Below, one piece after another: positions 51,293-62,841 of a stretch of DNA of 64,000 nt (positions are counted from its first letter, which is position 1; every line of letters begins with the position of its first letter). Source of the stretch: Malacoraja senta (taxonomy: Eukaryota); assembly GCA_038087875.1 (NCBI GenBank), contig CM075978.1, positions 173,476,001-173,540,000 on the forward strand, written 5' to 3'. The notes under the pieces were generated by a model. The model worked only from the letters and a program-made list of their open reading frames with translations. It was not told where the DNA came from and searched no databases. The translations under genes and the position numbers were made by a program.

Positions 51293-52330
51293 TAGGTATG
51301 TTACAATACTTGCCTTCAGTCGCGCTGTAATTCTGTCACTGGCCGTGTGCGCGATTTTGGCGCCTTTAAGGGGGGGGCGGGGTTAAAACGCGGTTTCTCC
51401 TACCTTGTCCTGAATTATATTTTGTTGGAGTACAAGCGTTTGCGGAAGAATCGTTCCGAGGGGCGTTTTGAGTATTTTGTTTTAAAAATCTCCCGACAAG
51501 TTCCGCGATGGAATCATTTAAAAATCATCTTCTGAACCCGTCAACGTCAACAACGGGGACGGATTTCACACACGGGAAAGGTAAACGAAAGTGCTTTATT
51601 TTTATGTATAAACGTTCTCCTTAAGAGGCCTTTAATTCACATTTTTACATGCGACACGGTGATTTTTTCCCCCGAACTAACGGCAATAATTTTCATGCCA
51701 ATACAGGGTTAAATTCACCGCAAATGAACGTTCCAAATGATCGCGTTCCAGAAATCCCCATTCGCAAGATGATATAAATTCCCATTAATTTACAGGTATT
51801 AAACATTCAAATTCTTCCATTTGGCCTGTAAATCCATGACAATGAGATAAAAAAATTGTGTTATATTGTGAATTCTTGTGTGAATGTTATTTGGATACAG
51901 GCTATTTAAAAATGTTAATCTATTCTTAAGAAATTGATAGATGTTTAGATCTAGTAATTGAATTTTGTAATTAGCTACAATTAGGTAACTAACTAATTAT
52001 ATGCTTTAATTTCATGTCATCTAAGTAAGATTGTTTCATATTTGTTTCAGAATGCTTCAATCTATAATAACTGAAAATTTATTTCAGTTCTCTTAATTTT
52101 TAAGAAAGTTATGGGCTTTTGACTGTCCTCGATCACAGCTTTTGTGTTAAGTCAATGGAAAAGTAATAGGGAACAAGATGCTAATTTCCGAGTATGAAAA
52201 TGGCCATAACTTTTTTAATACTGAAGATATGAAAGTGAATTAGGTGTCAAATTAAACTTCTTTTTATGCTTTATCTGATGGGATAAATTAGACTTGATTT
52301 TTTAAATCTCAAAATTTTGTAACATTGCTA
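51293..52330 (+). mobile_element. Non-autonomous DNA transposon, hATw-like, copy 2 (1038 bp)
   Basis: Termini TAGGTATGTTACAATA / TTTTGTAACATTGCTA; TSD CAATCAG at 51286-51292 and 52331-52337; splits a CR1 tail. Confidence 0.9.
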
Positions 52331-55249
52331 CAATCAGTACCCCGTTCCTGCCTTCTCCCCATATCCCTTGATTCTGCTATCTTTAAGAGCTCTATCTAAC
52401 TCTCTCTGGAAAGCATCCAGAGAATTGGCCTTCACTGCCATCTGAGGCTCCTATACCTTCTCCCAATAGTAGCAGCAAGATGAGAGCATAGCCAGGTTGG
52501 TGTGGGTCTCTGACGATACTGGCTGCCTTACTGAGGTAGGGGCACCTGTAGATCCCTTCGATGGTGGGGATGTCAGTACCAGTGAAGGATGGGACAGTGT
52601 CCATCACTCACTGCAATCTTCTTTGTTCCTGTGTGTTCGAGTTCACAAACCAGGCCAGTCAGTAAGGTGTGGAGGGATATGGGCCCGATGCAGGCAAGTG
52701 AGACTAGCTTGGTTAAGCAACTTGGTCGGCATGGACACGTAGGACCGAAGGGCCTGTTTCCACCCTCTATACCCAAGAAATACCTCTCTGGGTAAAGACG
52801 TTTCCATTTCAGTCCTAAATTATAGACCCCTCGCTTTGAAACTGTGACGCCCCATTTCACATTCCTTACCCATGTCAATCCTTGTAAGAATTTTGAACGG
52901 CGATTCATCGCCTCGCTCTGGATTATATATCGAAAACTTTACTAATTCCCATCCTACCAACAGCTAGAGAGCAACAATCCACCTCATTGGAGAACCTCAG
53001 ACTATATATGATAGTAATTCACGTAATTTCCTTTATCATGTATCTGTACACTGTGGATGCCTCGATTGTACTCATGTCTTTCCACTGACTGGTTAGCACG
53101 CAACAAAAGCTTTTCACTGTACCTCGGTACACGTGACAATAAATTAAACTCAAACACGTTTTTCTAAACCAAGGTAATGCAAGTGGAATTTGTAAATCTG
53201 CTGGGGGTTGGGGTTAGAGGCAGGAGGTTGTCAATTCATCTCTAAACAAGGACCACTCTCAAAGTATGAAAGTCTACACCTTGTGAGATCACACCGCAAG
53301 AATGCTCGCCAGCCACTGCAAACCACAACAGCATTCCACAACATCGAAATCAAATCCTGCCCTGGGGAACTCAAAGTTCAGAAACCTTTACGATCAATAT
53401 TACTCCAATATATTTGTCCCACATTAATACTTAAAAAGCCTGATAGTTCAGAAGATTAAAAACCTTAGCAAACAACAATAACAACAACAGATTCCTAACC
53501 TCACACAAAGTGAGAAAGGTCTGAGATTTTTGATTTTAGGAATTGTAAAGTAGGCAATTTGAAATCCTAGAATGTAGGAACAAGGAACTGCTGATGCTGG
53601 TTTAATTTGAAATCCTATTTTGTTTACAGATCGATAAGCAAAGCTGAGAGATGCAGCACTTCATCATTCAATGTAAACAGTCATTTGATTAATGCCAAAA
53701 ATAAACTTTAACCACATTTTGTCATTTTTCCTACCCCAGTAAAAGCAAGAATTATGTGGTTATGGAAAGGCAGAATCTTTTCCTTCTCCGATGCATCAGG
53801 AAGCAACAGGCAAGGCCAACGCACACATATATTCATTCAATTACCACCACCCCTCGGGTTCTGGTAATGAATGACGTCTCCTAAACAAACAGCCTTGGCA
53901 CAACGTTTTATTCTGGGGACTATTGCACGTCAAGTCTTGAGCTTTCCCCACACCTGTTGCCACCACACAGGCAGGAACGGCACAGACCAGGGACAGTTGG
54001 TGCACTGTGACCAGACATAAGGCAGCCAGGCCGTGGGCAGTCCAGCACTGTGGCCCTGGAGTTACTGCCACTCTCCCAGCCCCCCATTGCACCCGAGTCA
54101 ACCCACCCCGGACACCACCACCACCCCCACCAGTGAAAGGACAGCTCACCTCAAAATCCACCCCCGTCCCATCAATAACATTGCACACTCAGCGCACCCC
54201 CTCCCTGCATCCGTCTCCCCGCTCCCTCAGACCCAGGGTACGCACTCCCTGCTCGCACACAGCCCCTGCCCCAATGTTACACACTCCCCACAGCCCCTGA
54301 CCCAGAGTAAAAACTTATCACCGCCTGCTGCGCTCCTCCTCCCTCCCCGCCCCCCACAGCCTCAGACCTGTGGTAGAAACACCGTGCCCCACCCCCACGG
54401 GTACATACTCCTCTCTCCCCCACAGCCCTTGATCCGAGGTACACATTCAACTCCTACTCCAAAGCCAGGCAAGCAATCACCCACCATCTCCCATACTGAA
54501 CACAAGCACACTCCCATCCCCACTCTCATAGAAAATAGGTGTAGGCCCGGGCACACACATCGTCCTTTCTCGCCCAGACCCAAGAACCTGCACCCCCCCC
54601 TCCCAGCCCCACGCAACCATCTCTCTCTGGTAATCCGCATCTGTCTTTCCCCCTCCCCCCCCCCCCCCCGATACAATACCAGACATTCCCTCCGTTATCC
54701 AGTCTGGGTTACACATACACACCCCGGCCCACTCTCAGTGGTCTGTACATCCCCAAACCCAGGTATCCACAAGCACCCACCTATCTCCCCGGTCTGGGGT
54801 ACTACTGAACCACACACTCCCCAAGCAATCGCAGACATGGCCCCCGTGTTTGATCTGGGATACACACCTCGCCCATTCTCACACATCAGCACCCCTCTCA
54901 CCCTCCTCCCCCCCCCCCCAGTACTGACCCTCTCTCCTCTCCAACACCCCCCCCCCACTCTACAATCCCAAGCATCGGCCCTCTCCACAATACACTGACA
55001 TCAGCAGCCTCTCTCTCCTCAATACTCCCCCACCACACAATCCCAGGCATCGCCCCCCTTCTCCCGCTCCGCTCTCAGAAACTCACACTTACTCTCCCCC
55101 CCCCCCCCCAAATCAAGGTAGGTGGGTAGGCGCCCCCCCCCCTTCAGACAGACCCGCGGGTTCGGAATGCACGCACAACCCCCTCGTACCCCACCCTAAG
55201 AGGCTCGTACACCTCCTAGACCTGAAATACACGCACCCCCCCCCCGGGA

Positions 55250-56140
55250 ACTCCCCACCCATCCAACCCCAGTCACCCGGCCTCCCCGAGCGCCGCCATC
55301 CCACTCCCCTCCTCAGTCACCCGCGCCCCCCTCTCCCCCGGGCCAGACAACAGCCGCTCCTCCGCGCCCCTCACTCCCCGACCCGGGCCCCTCACTCACT
55401 CCCCCCCCTCCTCACTGCACCCGGCACTGGGCCCAGTCACCACTCCCTGCCCCCCGACCCTCACCCCCGGGGCCACCACCTCACCCCCGAGGCCCCCACG
55501 CCCCCACCACCCCCGGCCCTACCTGTGTGCGGTGCGGCGGCGGCTGCGGCGGCGACCCAGGGCCGAGCTCCGCTGCTGACGGATCGAGACGGCTCCGGGG
55601 GGTGGGAGTGGGGGGGAAGGCGCCGCTCGCTCCCGCTCCGTGTCGCGCGCCTGTCCCCAGCGCGCGTGCCCGCCTGCCACCGCCGGGAGCGCGCCCTCAA
55701 CCGGTCGCCCACCCTCCCGACCCCAAACTAGTGATGGGGGGGGATGTTCAGCCTCACCCAGTGCCAAAGAACTGGGTTCTCAGTCAAATATGCCACAGGT
55801 TTATAACCTCCATTGATTTTTAAAATGTAATTATATTGGTGTGAATGTAGTCGGTTCGCAAAACCGGAATAACGGCCGAACCCAAGGCCCATGTAAGCGG
55901 TTGCAACCCTTTAGCAACCCATCCACATGGACTCGTCCTAACCGGATGTGACGTATAGTAACGCTGGCCAGTTTTTAAATGAATATGTTTTAAACGGGGA
56001 GGTCCTGCTTTTCGATTTTAATTCCTGTTTCCCATCGCTTTCAATATAAAGTTTAGAACGTTAATTTAACATCTGAATGAGTAGTTTGGTTTCCCGGGCC
56101 CCTTGTGCGGTGCGGTGCATTATGGGCGTTGTAGTTCTAT
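55250..56140 (-). promoter_or_regulatory. CpG island and housekeeping-type promoter of an unidentified minus-strand gene
   Basis: Dense CpG at about 55270-55720; ETS-CRE-like CCGGATGTGACGTA at 55942-55955; ZNF143/THAP11-type motif ACTACAACGCCCATAATGCA on the minus strand at about 56116-56135; C-rich plus-strand skew at 54000-55520. Confidence 0.75.
55523..55690 (-). other. Probable non-coding first exon (TSS approximate)
   Basis: GC-rich GCCGCCGCAGCCGCCGCC 5'-UTR-like sequence ending in donor CAG|GTAGGG at 55523/55522, followed by a G-rich intron start; no credible ATG frame. Confidence 0.65.
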
Positions 56141-56219
56141 CTTGGGACTGGGACAGGCACTGCGGCTTCTTAAAGAGACAGGCAGCAGGGGTGCTTAAAG
56201 AGACAGGCATCACAGCTTA

Positions 56220-56900
56220 GTCACAGAGTGATACAGTGTGGAAACGGGTCTCTCGGCCCAACTTACCCACACCGGCCAACAATGTCCCAACTACACTAGT
56301 CCCACCTGCCTGCGCTTGGTCCATATCCCTCCATACCTGTCCTATCCCTCCATACCTGTCCTACTGTCTAACTGTTTCTTAAACAATGGGATGGATAGTC
56401 CCAGCCTCAACTACCTCCTCTGGCAGCTTGTTCCATACACGTACCACCCTTTGTGTGAAAAAGTTACCCCTCGGATTCCTATTCAATCTTTTCCCCTTCA
56501 CCTTGACCCTGTGTCCTCTGGTCCTCGATTCCCCTACTCTGGGCAAGAGACACTGTCTATGCATCTACCCCAGGGGTTCCCAACTTTTTTCGTCACGTTT
56601 ACCCCTGGCAACTTAAATAGCACATAACAATGCTATTTCACTTATTTATTAACAACTAATGATGAACAGGTACTGGTATACCAAAACCAAACACAGTCAG
56701 TCAATGAGAAAAAATATGTACAAATCCAGAATCAACAAATTTACCCCCTGAGGGTAAATTTACCCCAGGTTGTGAACCCTTGATCTACCCGATCTATTTT
56801 TCTCATGATTTTGTACACCCCTTATTCTCCTGCGCTCCAAGGAATATAGACCCAGCCTACTGAACCTCCCCCTATATCTCACACCCTCTAGTCCTAGCAA
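56220..56900 (-). mobile_element. CR1 LINE 3' fragment
   Basis: Minus strand LPRVGESRTRGHRVKVKG...FFTQRVVRVWNKLPEEVVEAG plus UTR. Confidence 0.88.
56571..56782. mobile_element. hAT (Charlie-like) MITE, 212 bp
   Basis: TIRs CAGGGGTTCCCAAC / GTTGTGAACCCTTG; 8-bp TSD ATCTACCC at 56563-56570 and 56783-56790. Confidence 0.92.
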
Positions 56901-57809
56901 AAGGGATCCTTCTTAAAGGGACTGGTACTGCAGGTTCTTAAAATGTCTGGCAGCTGGGGTTCTTCAGGGAATCCTTCAGTCCATTTGTCAGCGGGGGAAA
57001 AGGCATGGCCAAATGAAAGATTGCAACTTTGTTCTTCCTGGGGGTGGTGGTGTAAGCAGATGTGATAGTGATATTTCAGAGACTTTTGGATAAGCACATG
57101 GATATGCAGGGAATGGGTGTGTATTATGTTGTGTATTAAGTGCAGGCAGATAGGAGCTGGTCTTGGCGTCATGTTCAGCACAGTCATTGTGGGCCAAAAG
57201 ACCTGTCCCTGTGCTGTACTGTTCTATGATCTATGGGCAGGAGAAGATGACTTGCATCCACGCAGTGCTATTGGTATTGAAGTGGTTGATGAGGTCAATA
57301 TGGAAACCACAGGAGGTGCCTGAGGTTTAGTCGTCGTCATCTGGGCCTGACAAGTGGATTGTACATAATTGAGTCAAAGGCATCTACAAGTCATTCTGCT
57401 ATAACATGTTTTACCAGCGTGCAAATCAGAAATAACACAAGCAAAGAATTAGGGAACTCCATTTGTATAATGCAGGCCAAATTTGTTACAACGCAATTTT
57501 GATTTTGATTGGGAACTAGAGAATTAATTAAAAGTTACATCGGAAAAAAGCTATCTTGGATTTAAACGATATTGGGAAAAAACAATGCTGACTGTCTGCA
57601 CTAGACCTTTATGCCCACACCTGGCCCATATTCCTAAACATTTCCTTTCCATGTTCCTGTCTTTTAAATGGTGTTATAGTACCTGCCTGAACTATCCCCT
57701 CTGGCAGTTTGTTCCATATACCCACCACCCACTGTGTGAAATAGTTGCCCCTCAGGTTCTCATTGAACCTTTCCTCACGATAAACCTATGCCCGCTAATT
57801 CTTGCCTCC

Positions 57810-58900
57810 ACTGGGTCTCTGCGCATCCCTCTGCAATTGGATCCTCGACTTCCTCATTCACAGACCACAGTCTGTTCGTATTGGGGGAAATGTGTCAGAC
57901 TCGATAACAATCAGCACGGGAGCACCTCAAGGCTGCGTGCTCAGCCCCCTGCTGTACTCACTCTATACTCATGACTGCGTAGCCGGTCATAGTGCGAACT
58001 CCATCATCAAGTTCGCTGACGCCACCACTGTTGTTGGACGTATCACTGATGGGGATGATTTAGAGTATAGAAGAGAGATCGAGCAACTGTCCATATGGTG
58101 CCAGCACAATAACCTGGCCCTCAACACCAGCAAAACCAAGAAACTGATTGTGGACTTTGGAAGGAGTAGGATGGGGACCCACAGTCCCGTTTATATCAAC
58201 GGGTCGATGGTTGAAAGGGTCAAGTGCTTCAAATTCCTGGGCGTGCACATCTCTGAAGATCTTTCCTGGTCCGAGAACACTGATGCAATTATTAAGAAAG
58301 CACATCAGCGCCTCTACTTCCTGAGAAGATTACGGAGAGTCGATTTGTCAAGGAGGACTCTCTCTAACTTCTACAGGTGCACAGTAGAGAGCATGCTGAC
58401 CGGTTGCATCGTGGCTTGGTTCGGCAACTTGAGCGCCCTGGAGAGGAAAAGACTACAAAAAGTAGTAAACACTGCCCAGTCCATCATCGGCTCTGACCTC
58501 CCTTCCATCGAGGGGATCTATCGCAGTCGCTGCCTCAAAAAGGCTGGCAGTATCATCAAGGACCCACACCATCCTGGCCACACGCTCATCTCCCCGCTAC
58601 CTTCAGGTAGAAGGTACAGGAGCATGAAGACTGCAATGACCAGGTTCAGGAATAGCTACTTCCCCACAGCCATCAGACTATTAAACTTGGCTCGGACAAA
58701 ACTCTGAACATTAATAGCCCATTATCTGTTATTTGCACTTTATCAGTTTATTTATTCATGTGTGTATATATTTATATAATGGTATATGGACACACTGATC
58801 TGTCCTGTAGTCAATGCCTACTATGTTCTGTTGTGCTGAAGCAAAGCAAGAATTTCATTGTCCTATCAGGGACACATGACAATAAACTCACTTGAATCAT
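57810..58900 (+). mobile_element. 5'-truncated Rex1/Babar LINE with open RT C-terminal frame
   Basis: ORF 57802-58707: [36 protein letters not shown] (FADD mutated), [11 protein letters not shown] and GRRYRS; 3' UTR and cttgaa tail. Confidence 0.95.
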
Positions 58901-59881
58901 GAATCTTGATTCCCCTACCCTGAGAAAAAGACTGTACATTCACCCTATCAATACCCCTCGTTGATCACCTCCCAGCATCCTACACTCCAGGCAATAATGT
59001 CCTAGCCTGCTCCACCTCACCCTATAGATCCAGCCCCCGAGTCCTGGCATTCTCGTAAATCTCCTCTGCACCCTTCCCAGCTTAATGGCATATTTCCATG
59101 CAAGGGTGACTAAAACTAAACACAATACTCCAAATGCAGCCTCACCAACATCTTGTACAACTGTAACATAATGTCCCAACTTCTGTATCCAATTAAAAAA
59201 GACACAAAGTGCTGGAGTAACTCAGCATAGGTGACGTATTGCTATGGATAGGTGACGTTTCTCCAGAAGGAAGAAGGGTGAAGCCACCTGGTTCACTGAT
59301 GCCACAGAAGGCTATGAAGGCCAAGTCAATGGATATTGTTAAGGCAGAGATTGACAGAATCTTGATTAATAAAGGTCTAACGCCTTCAACGCCTTCAACA
59401 TCACGGATCGCAATATCAGGACAAAACAAAAGGTATGTCGTTTATTTAACATATTATCTTGCTTTTTAGTGTGGCTTCATTTTAATCTTATGATGCAAAA
59501 AATGTTATTTAGGTCCCCATACGAATCGGCCGTGTCTTGCCTGCTGATAGGGGCTTAAAATTTATGGCAACGGCAACATTCCAATCGATCACATTCCAGA
59601 AACATCCACTCTCAAGATAATGAAATTCATTATTTTTTGCACAATCATGTCATAAGAACATCTAAATCATCTATTTTTTGAGTTATTGTCTATCCATGAT
59701 CAATATTTTCATACTAAATATCCACAGTACAGTTTTAGTCAGATGTATTGTGCAAAAAAATTATGATTTTGATTATCTTGAGAGTGGATGTTTCTGGATT
59801 AATTTATGGGAATTAAATATTAAATTCCTTCCATTTGGCATATAAATTCATGACAAAGTGAGATTTATAAATCATGTTATA

Positions 59882-60635
59882 ATGGCTTCAAGTTGGGAAA
59901 AGGGGAAGTACAACTTGATCTAGAGGTCCTTTTTCATCAGTCTATGAAAGTAAGCATGCAGGTACAGCAGGCAGTGAAGAAAGCGAATGGCATGTTGGCC
60001 TTTAAAACAAGAGGAATCGAATATAGGAGCAAAGAGGTCCTTCTGCAGTTGTACAGAGCCCTAGTGAGACCACATCTGGAGTATTGTGAGCAGTTTTGGT
60101 CCCCTAATTTGAGGAAGGACATTCTTGCTATTGAGGGAGTGCAGCGTAGGTTTACAAGGTTAATTCCCGGGATGGCGGGACTGTCATATGCTGAGAGAAT
60201 GGAGCAGCTGGGCTTGTACACTCTGGAGTTTAGAAGGATGAGAGGGCATCTCATTGAAACATATAAGATTGTTAAGGGTTTGGACACGCTAGAGGCAGGA
60301 AACATGTTCCCGATGTTGGGGGAGTCCAGAACCAGCAGCCACAGTTTAAGAATAAGGAGTAAGCCATTTAGAACGGAGACGAGGAAACACTTTTTCTCAC
60401 AGAGAGTGGTGAGTCTGTGGAATTCTCTGCATCAGAGGGCGGTGGAGGCAGGTTCTCTGAATGCTTTCAAGAGAGAGCTAGATAGGGCTCTTAAAAATAG
60501 CAGAGTCAGGAGATATGGGGAGAAGGCAGGAACGGGGTACTGATTGGGGATGATCAGCCATGATCACATTGAATGGCGGTGCTGGCTCAAAGGGCCGAAT
60601 GGCCTACTCCTGCACCTATTGTCTATTGTCTATTG
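59882..60635 (+). mobile_element. CR1 (HER1-like) LINE 3' fragment nested in the DNA transposon
   Basis: ORF 59893-60543 LYRALVRPHLEYC...FFSQRVVSLWNSL; (ctattgt)n tail. Confidence 0.95.
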
Positions 60636-60909
60636 TGAATTCTTGTGTGAATGGGATCAGTTTGTTATTTTATTTGGATAGGCTATTTAAAAATGTTAGC
60701 CTTTTCTTAAGAAATGGATAGATGTTTAGATCTAGTAATTAAATTTAGATTAATTTAATTGATTAGATGAATTGATTTGATGAAACTGATGAATATGAAT
60801 TTTTTGTTGGTTATTTACTATTTGTTATAGCGTTTAACTTCATAATTTCTAAGTTTTTTCCTAAAACTGCAAATAACAACTTGTTTTTTTTTCTTTACAT
60901 TTTAAACAG

Positions 60910-61247
60910 ATGTCTCCGAAAAAGAAATGCAAAATTGTCAATCCAAATGCCCAGCAAAAGAGACTGATTTAGACAGCATTCGCAGAAATTATCCGAATTT
61001 GACTCCAAATGTGATGATCTATAGGACATTCTTAATGGAAAAGTAGGGCAGAAAGGCATGTCATGCGTGGTTTGAAGAGCAAAAACTTGTAGTTTACAAT
61101 GCCAAAATTGAAAAGTTGAGGAAAAACAAGGTGTACAGAGTTGCTTATTGGTTACAATCTGAGGAGTATGATGATGCTACTGATTATGATATGCCAATGT
61201 ACCAGCTAGCAGCTGATCTTCTCCATAAAGACTTGGTCTTTTGCTAG
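60910..61247 (+). pseudogene. Decayed terminal coding exon of the transposon, with a putative Spindlin/Tudor-like domain
   Basis: Acceptor ttttaaacag| at 60909. The open frame 61047-61247 reads GRKACHAWFEEQKLVVYNAKIEKLRKNKVYRVAYWLQSEEYDDATDYDMPMYQLAADLLHKDLVFC*; the upstream part has stops and a frameshift. Confidence 0.55.
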
Positions 61248-62219
61248 AAATTGTAATTTCTTTACCTGTTTGTTACAGACATACAGCATATAATACAATA
61301 ATATTAAAGTTCTGATCTTCAGAATATCACATTTTTGAATTTTCATGGCAGTCTGGGTGTTTATGACTATTTCCGTCACAACGGTCAATTTTGTAATTAG
61401 CTTCAATTAGGAAACTAACTAATTATACGCTTTAATTTCAGGTCATCCAAGTAAGATATTTCATATTTGTTTCAGAATGCTTCAATCTATAATAACTGAA
61501 ATTTTCATTCAGTTCTCTTAATTTTTGCCCTCGATTAAAGCTTTTGTGTTAAGTCAATGGAAAAGCAATAGGGAACAAGATGCTAATTTCCAAGTATGAA
61601 AATGACCATAACCTTTTTAATACTGAAGATAAGAAAGTGAATTAGGTATCAAATTGAAGTTCTTTTTTATGCTTTATCTGATGGGATAAATACAGGCTTA
61701 ATTTTTTTAATCTCTAAATTTTGTGACATTCCTACTTGATGGGCCGAATGGCCTAATTTTGCTCCTATATAAACTTAAATGAAGGAGCGGGAATCGACAC
61801 AGTCTGCCTTAGCTGTGGATTTGGCCAAATAAAGTTTAAAAACTTTGTGGAGGGCAGGGCGATGATCAACTAACTGTGCCCAGGGCCACGGCTCCCTCTC
61901 ACTCTAGGCCAACATTGCCATCTGCTGGGGCTGGCTGCCATTTCAGGCCAAGAGAGGCAGAGTCTGAAGAAGGCTCCCGTCCCGAAACATCACCTATCCA
62001 TGTTCTTCAGGGAAGCTGCCAGACCCGCTGAGTTACTCCAGCTTTTTGTGTCTTTCTCCAAATCATACCATTGCCGAGTACAATCACACCACACACAAGT
62101 ACAACAGGTAGTGCAAAGAGAAACATACAGAGTGCAGAATATAGTGTTACAGCATTATAGTCACAGTTACAGACTTGGAGGTCGTGGTTTTCAGACTCCT
62201 GTCATATCTTCCCGATGTT

Positions 62220-62510
62220 AGCAGGCCTGTAAGTACAACATTCATAGATAACATACAAAAAACAAAAATAAATTAGTAACTCCAATACTAATGCAAAAAA
62301 AGCACAATCTTTACTGCAGCCAAGAGAGGCCTTCGTTTATAGTTCAATTAGTGTTGTGCAGTGTTCAAGAGCCAGATGGTCTTTGGGGAGAAGCTGTTCC
62401 TGAACTTGGAGGTCACGGCTTTCAGGCTCCTGCACCTTCTTCCCAAGCAGAGAGATTGAAATGTGGCCAGGGTGGTGTGGGACAGTGATGATGCTGGCTG
62501 CCTTCAGGTC
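62220..62510 (-). mobile_element. Rex-Babar 3' fragment
   Basis: Minus strand LKAASIITVPHHPGH remnant and UTR. Confidence 0.75.
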
Positions 62511-62573
62511 CAGGACAACACGATCCGGGCCCCGTGGCAACAGAGCGATGTATAGGGAAGGGGGGAACAAGCT

Positions 62574-62758
62574 GGGAATGGGGAATGTGCAGGGAATGGG
62601 AATGTGCAGGGAGTGGGAATGTGCAGGGAATGGGAATGTGCAGGGAAAGGGAATGTGCAGGGAGTGGGAATGTGCAGGGAGTGGGAATGTGCAGGGAGTG
62701 GGAATGTGCAGGGAATGGGAATGTGCAGGGAGTGGGAATGTGCAAGGAACGGGGAATT
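62574..62758. repeat. 17-bp G-rich minisatellite (gggaatgtgcaggga[a/g]t), about 10 copies
   Basis: Directly visible tandem array. Confidence 0.95.
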
Positions 62759-62841
62759 GCATACAACAGTGTAGCACAGAGACAGGCCCTTTGGCCCACA
62801 ATGTCTGTGCCGAACATGATGCCAAGACCAACTCATCTACC

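Larger units (their letters stand above)
59377..61734 (+). mobile_element. Longer, 5'-truncated hATw-like copy 3 with coding remnant
   Basis: Collinear with copy 2 at both ends; ends TTTTGTGACATTCCTA followed by CTTGATG; carries an extra ~650-bp internal segment; interrupted by a CR1. Confidence 0.82.

Noticed and set aside
54033-54998. 321-aa Pro/His/Thr-rich ORF
   Set aside because: By-product of C-rich skew; no ATG start (the first codon is GTG) and no recognisable domain.
57385-57500. Tigger-like MITE left ends (also about 49474-49550 and 33882-33925)
   Set aside because: Only one TIR-like end is visible in each, with no matching right end or TSD.
62574-62758. CRISPR-like array or repeat protein
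   Set aside because: Contiguous 17-bp tandem units with no unique spacers, in vertebrate context.
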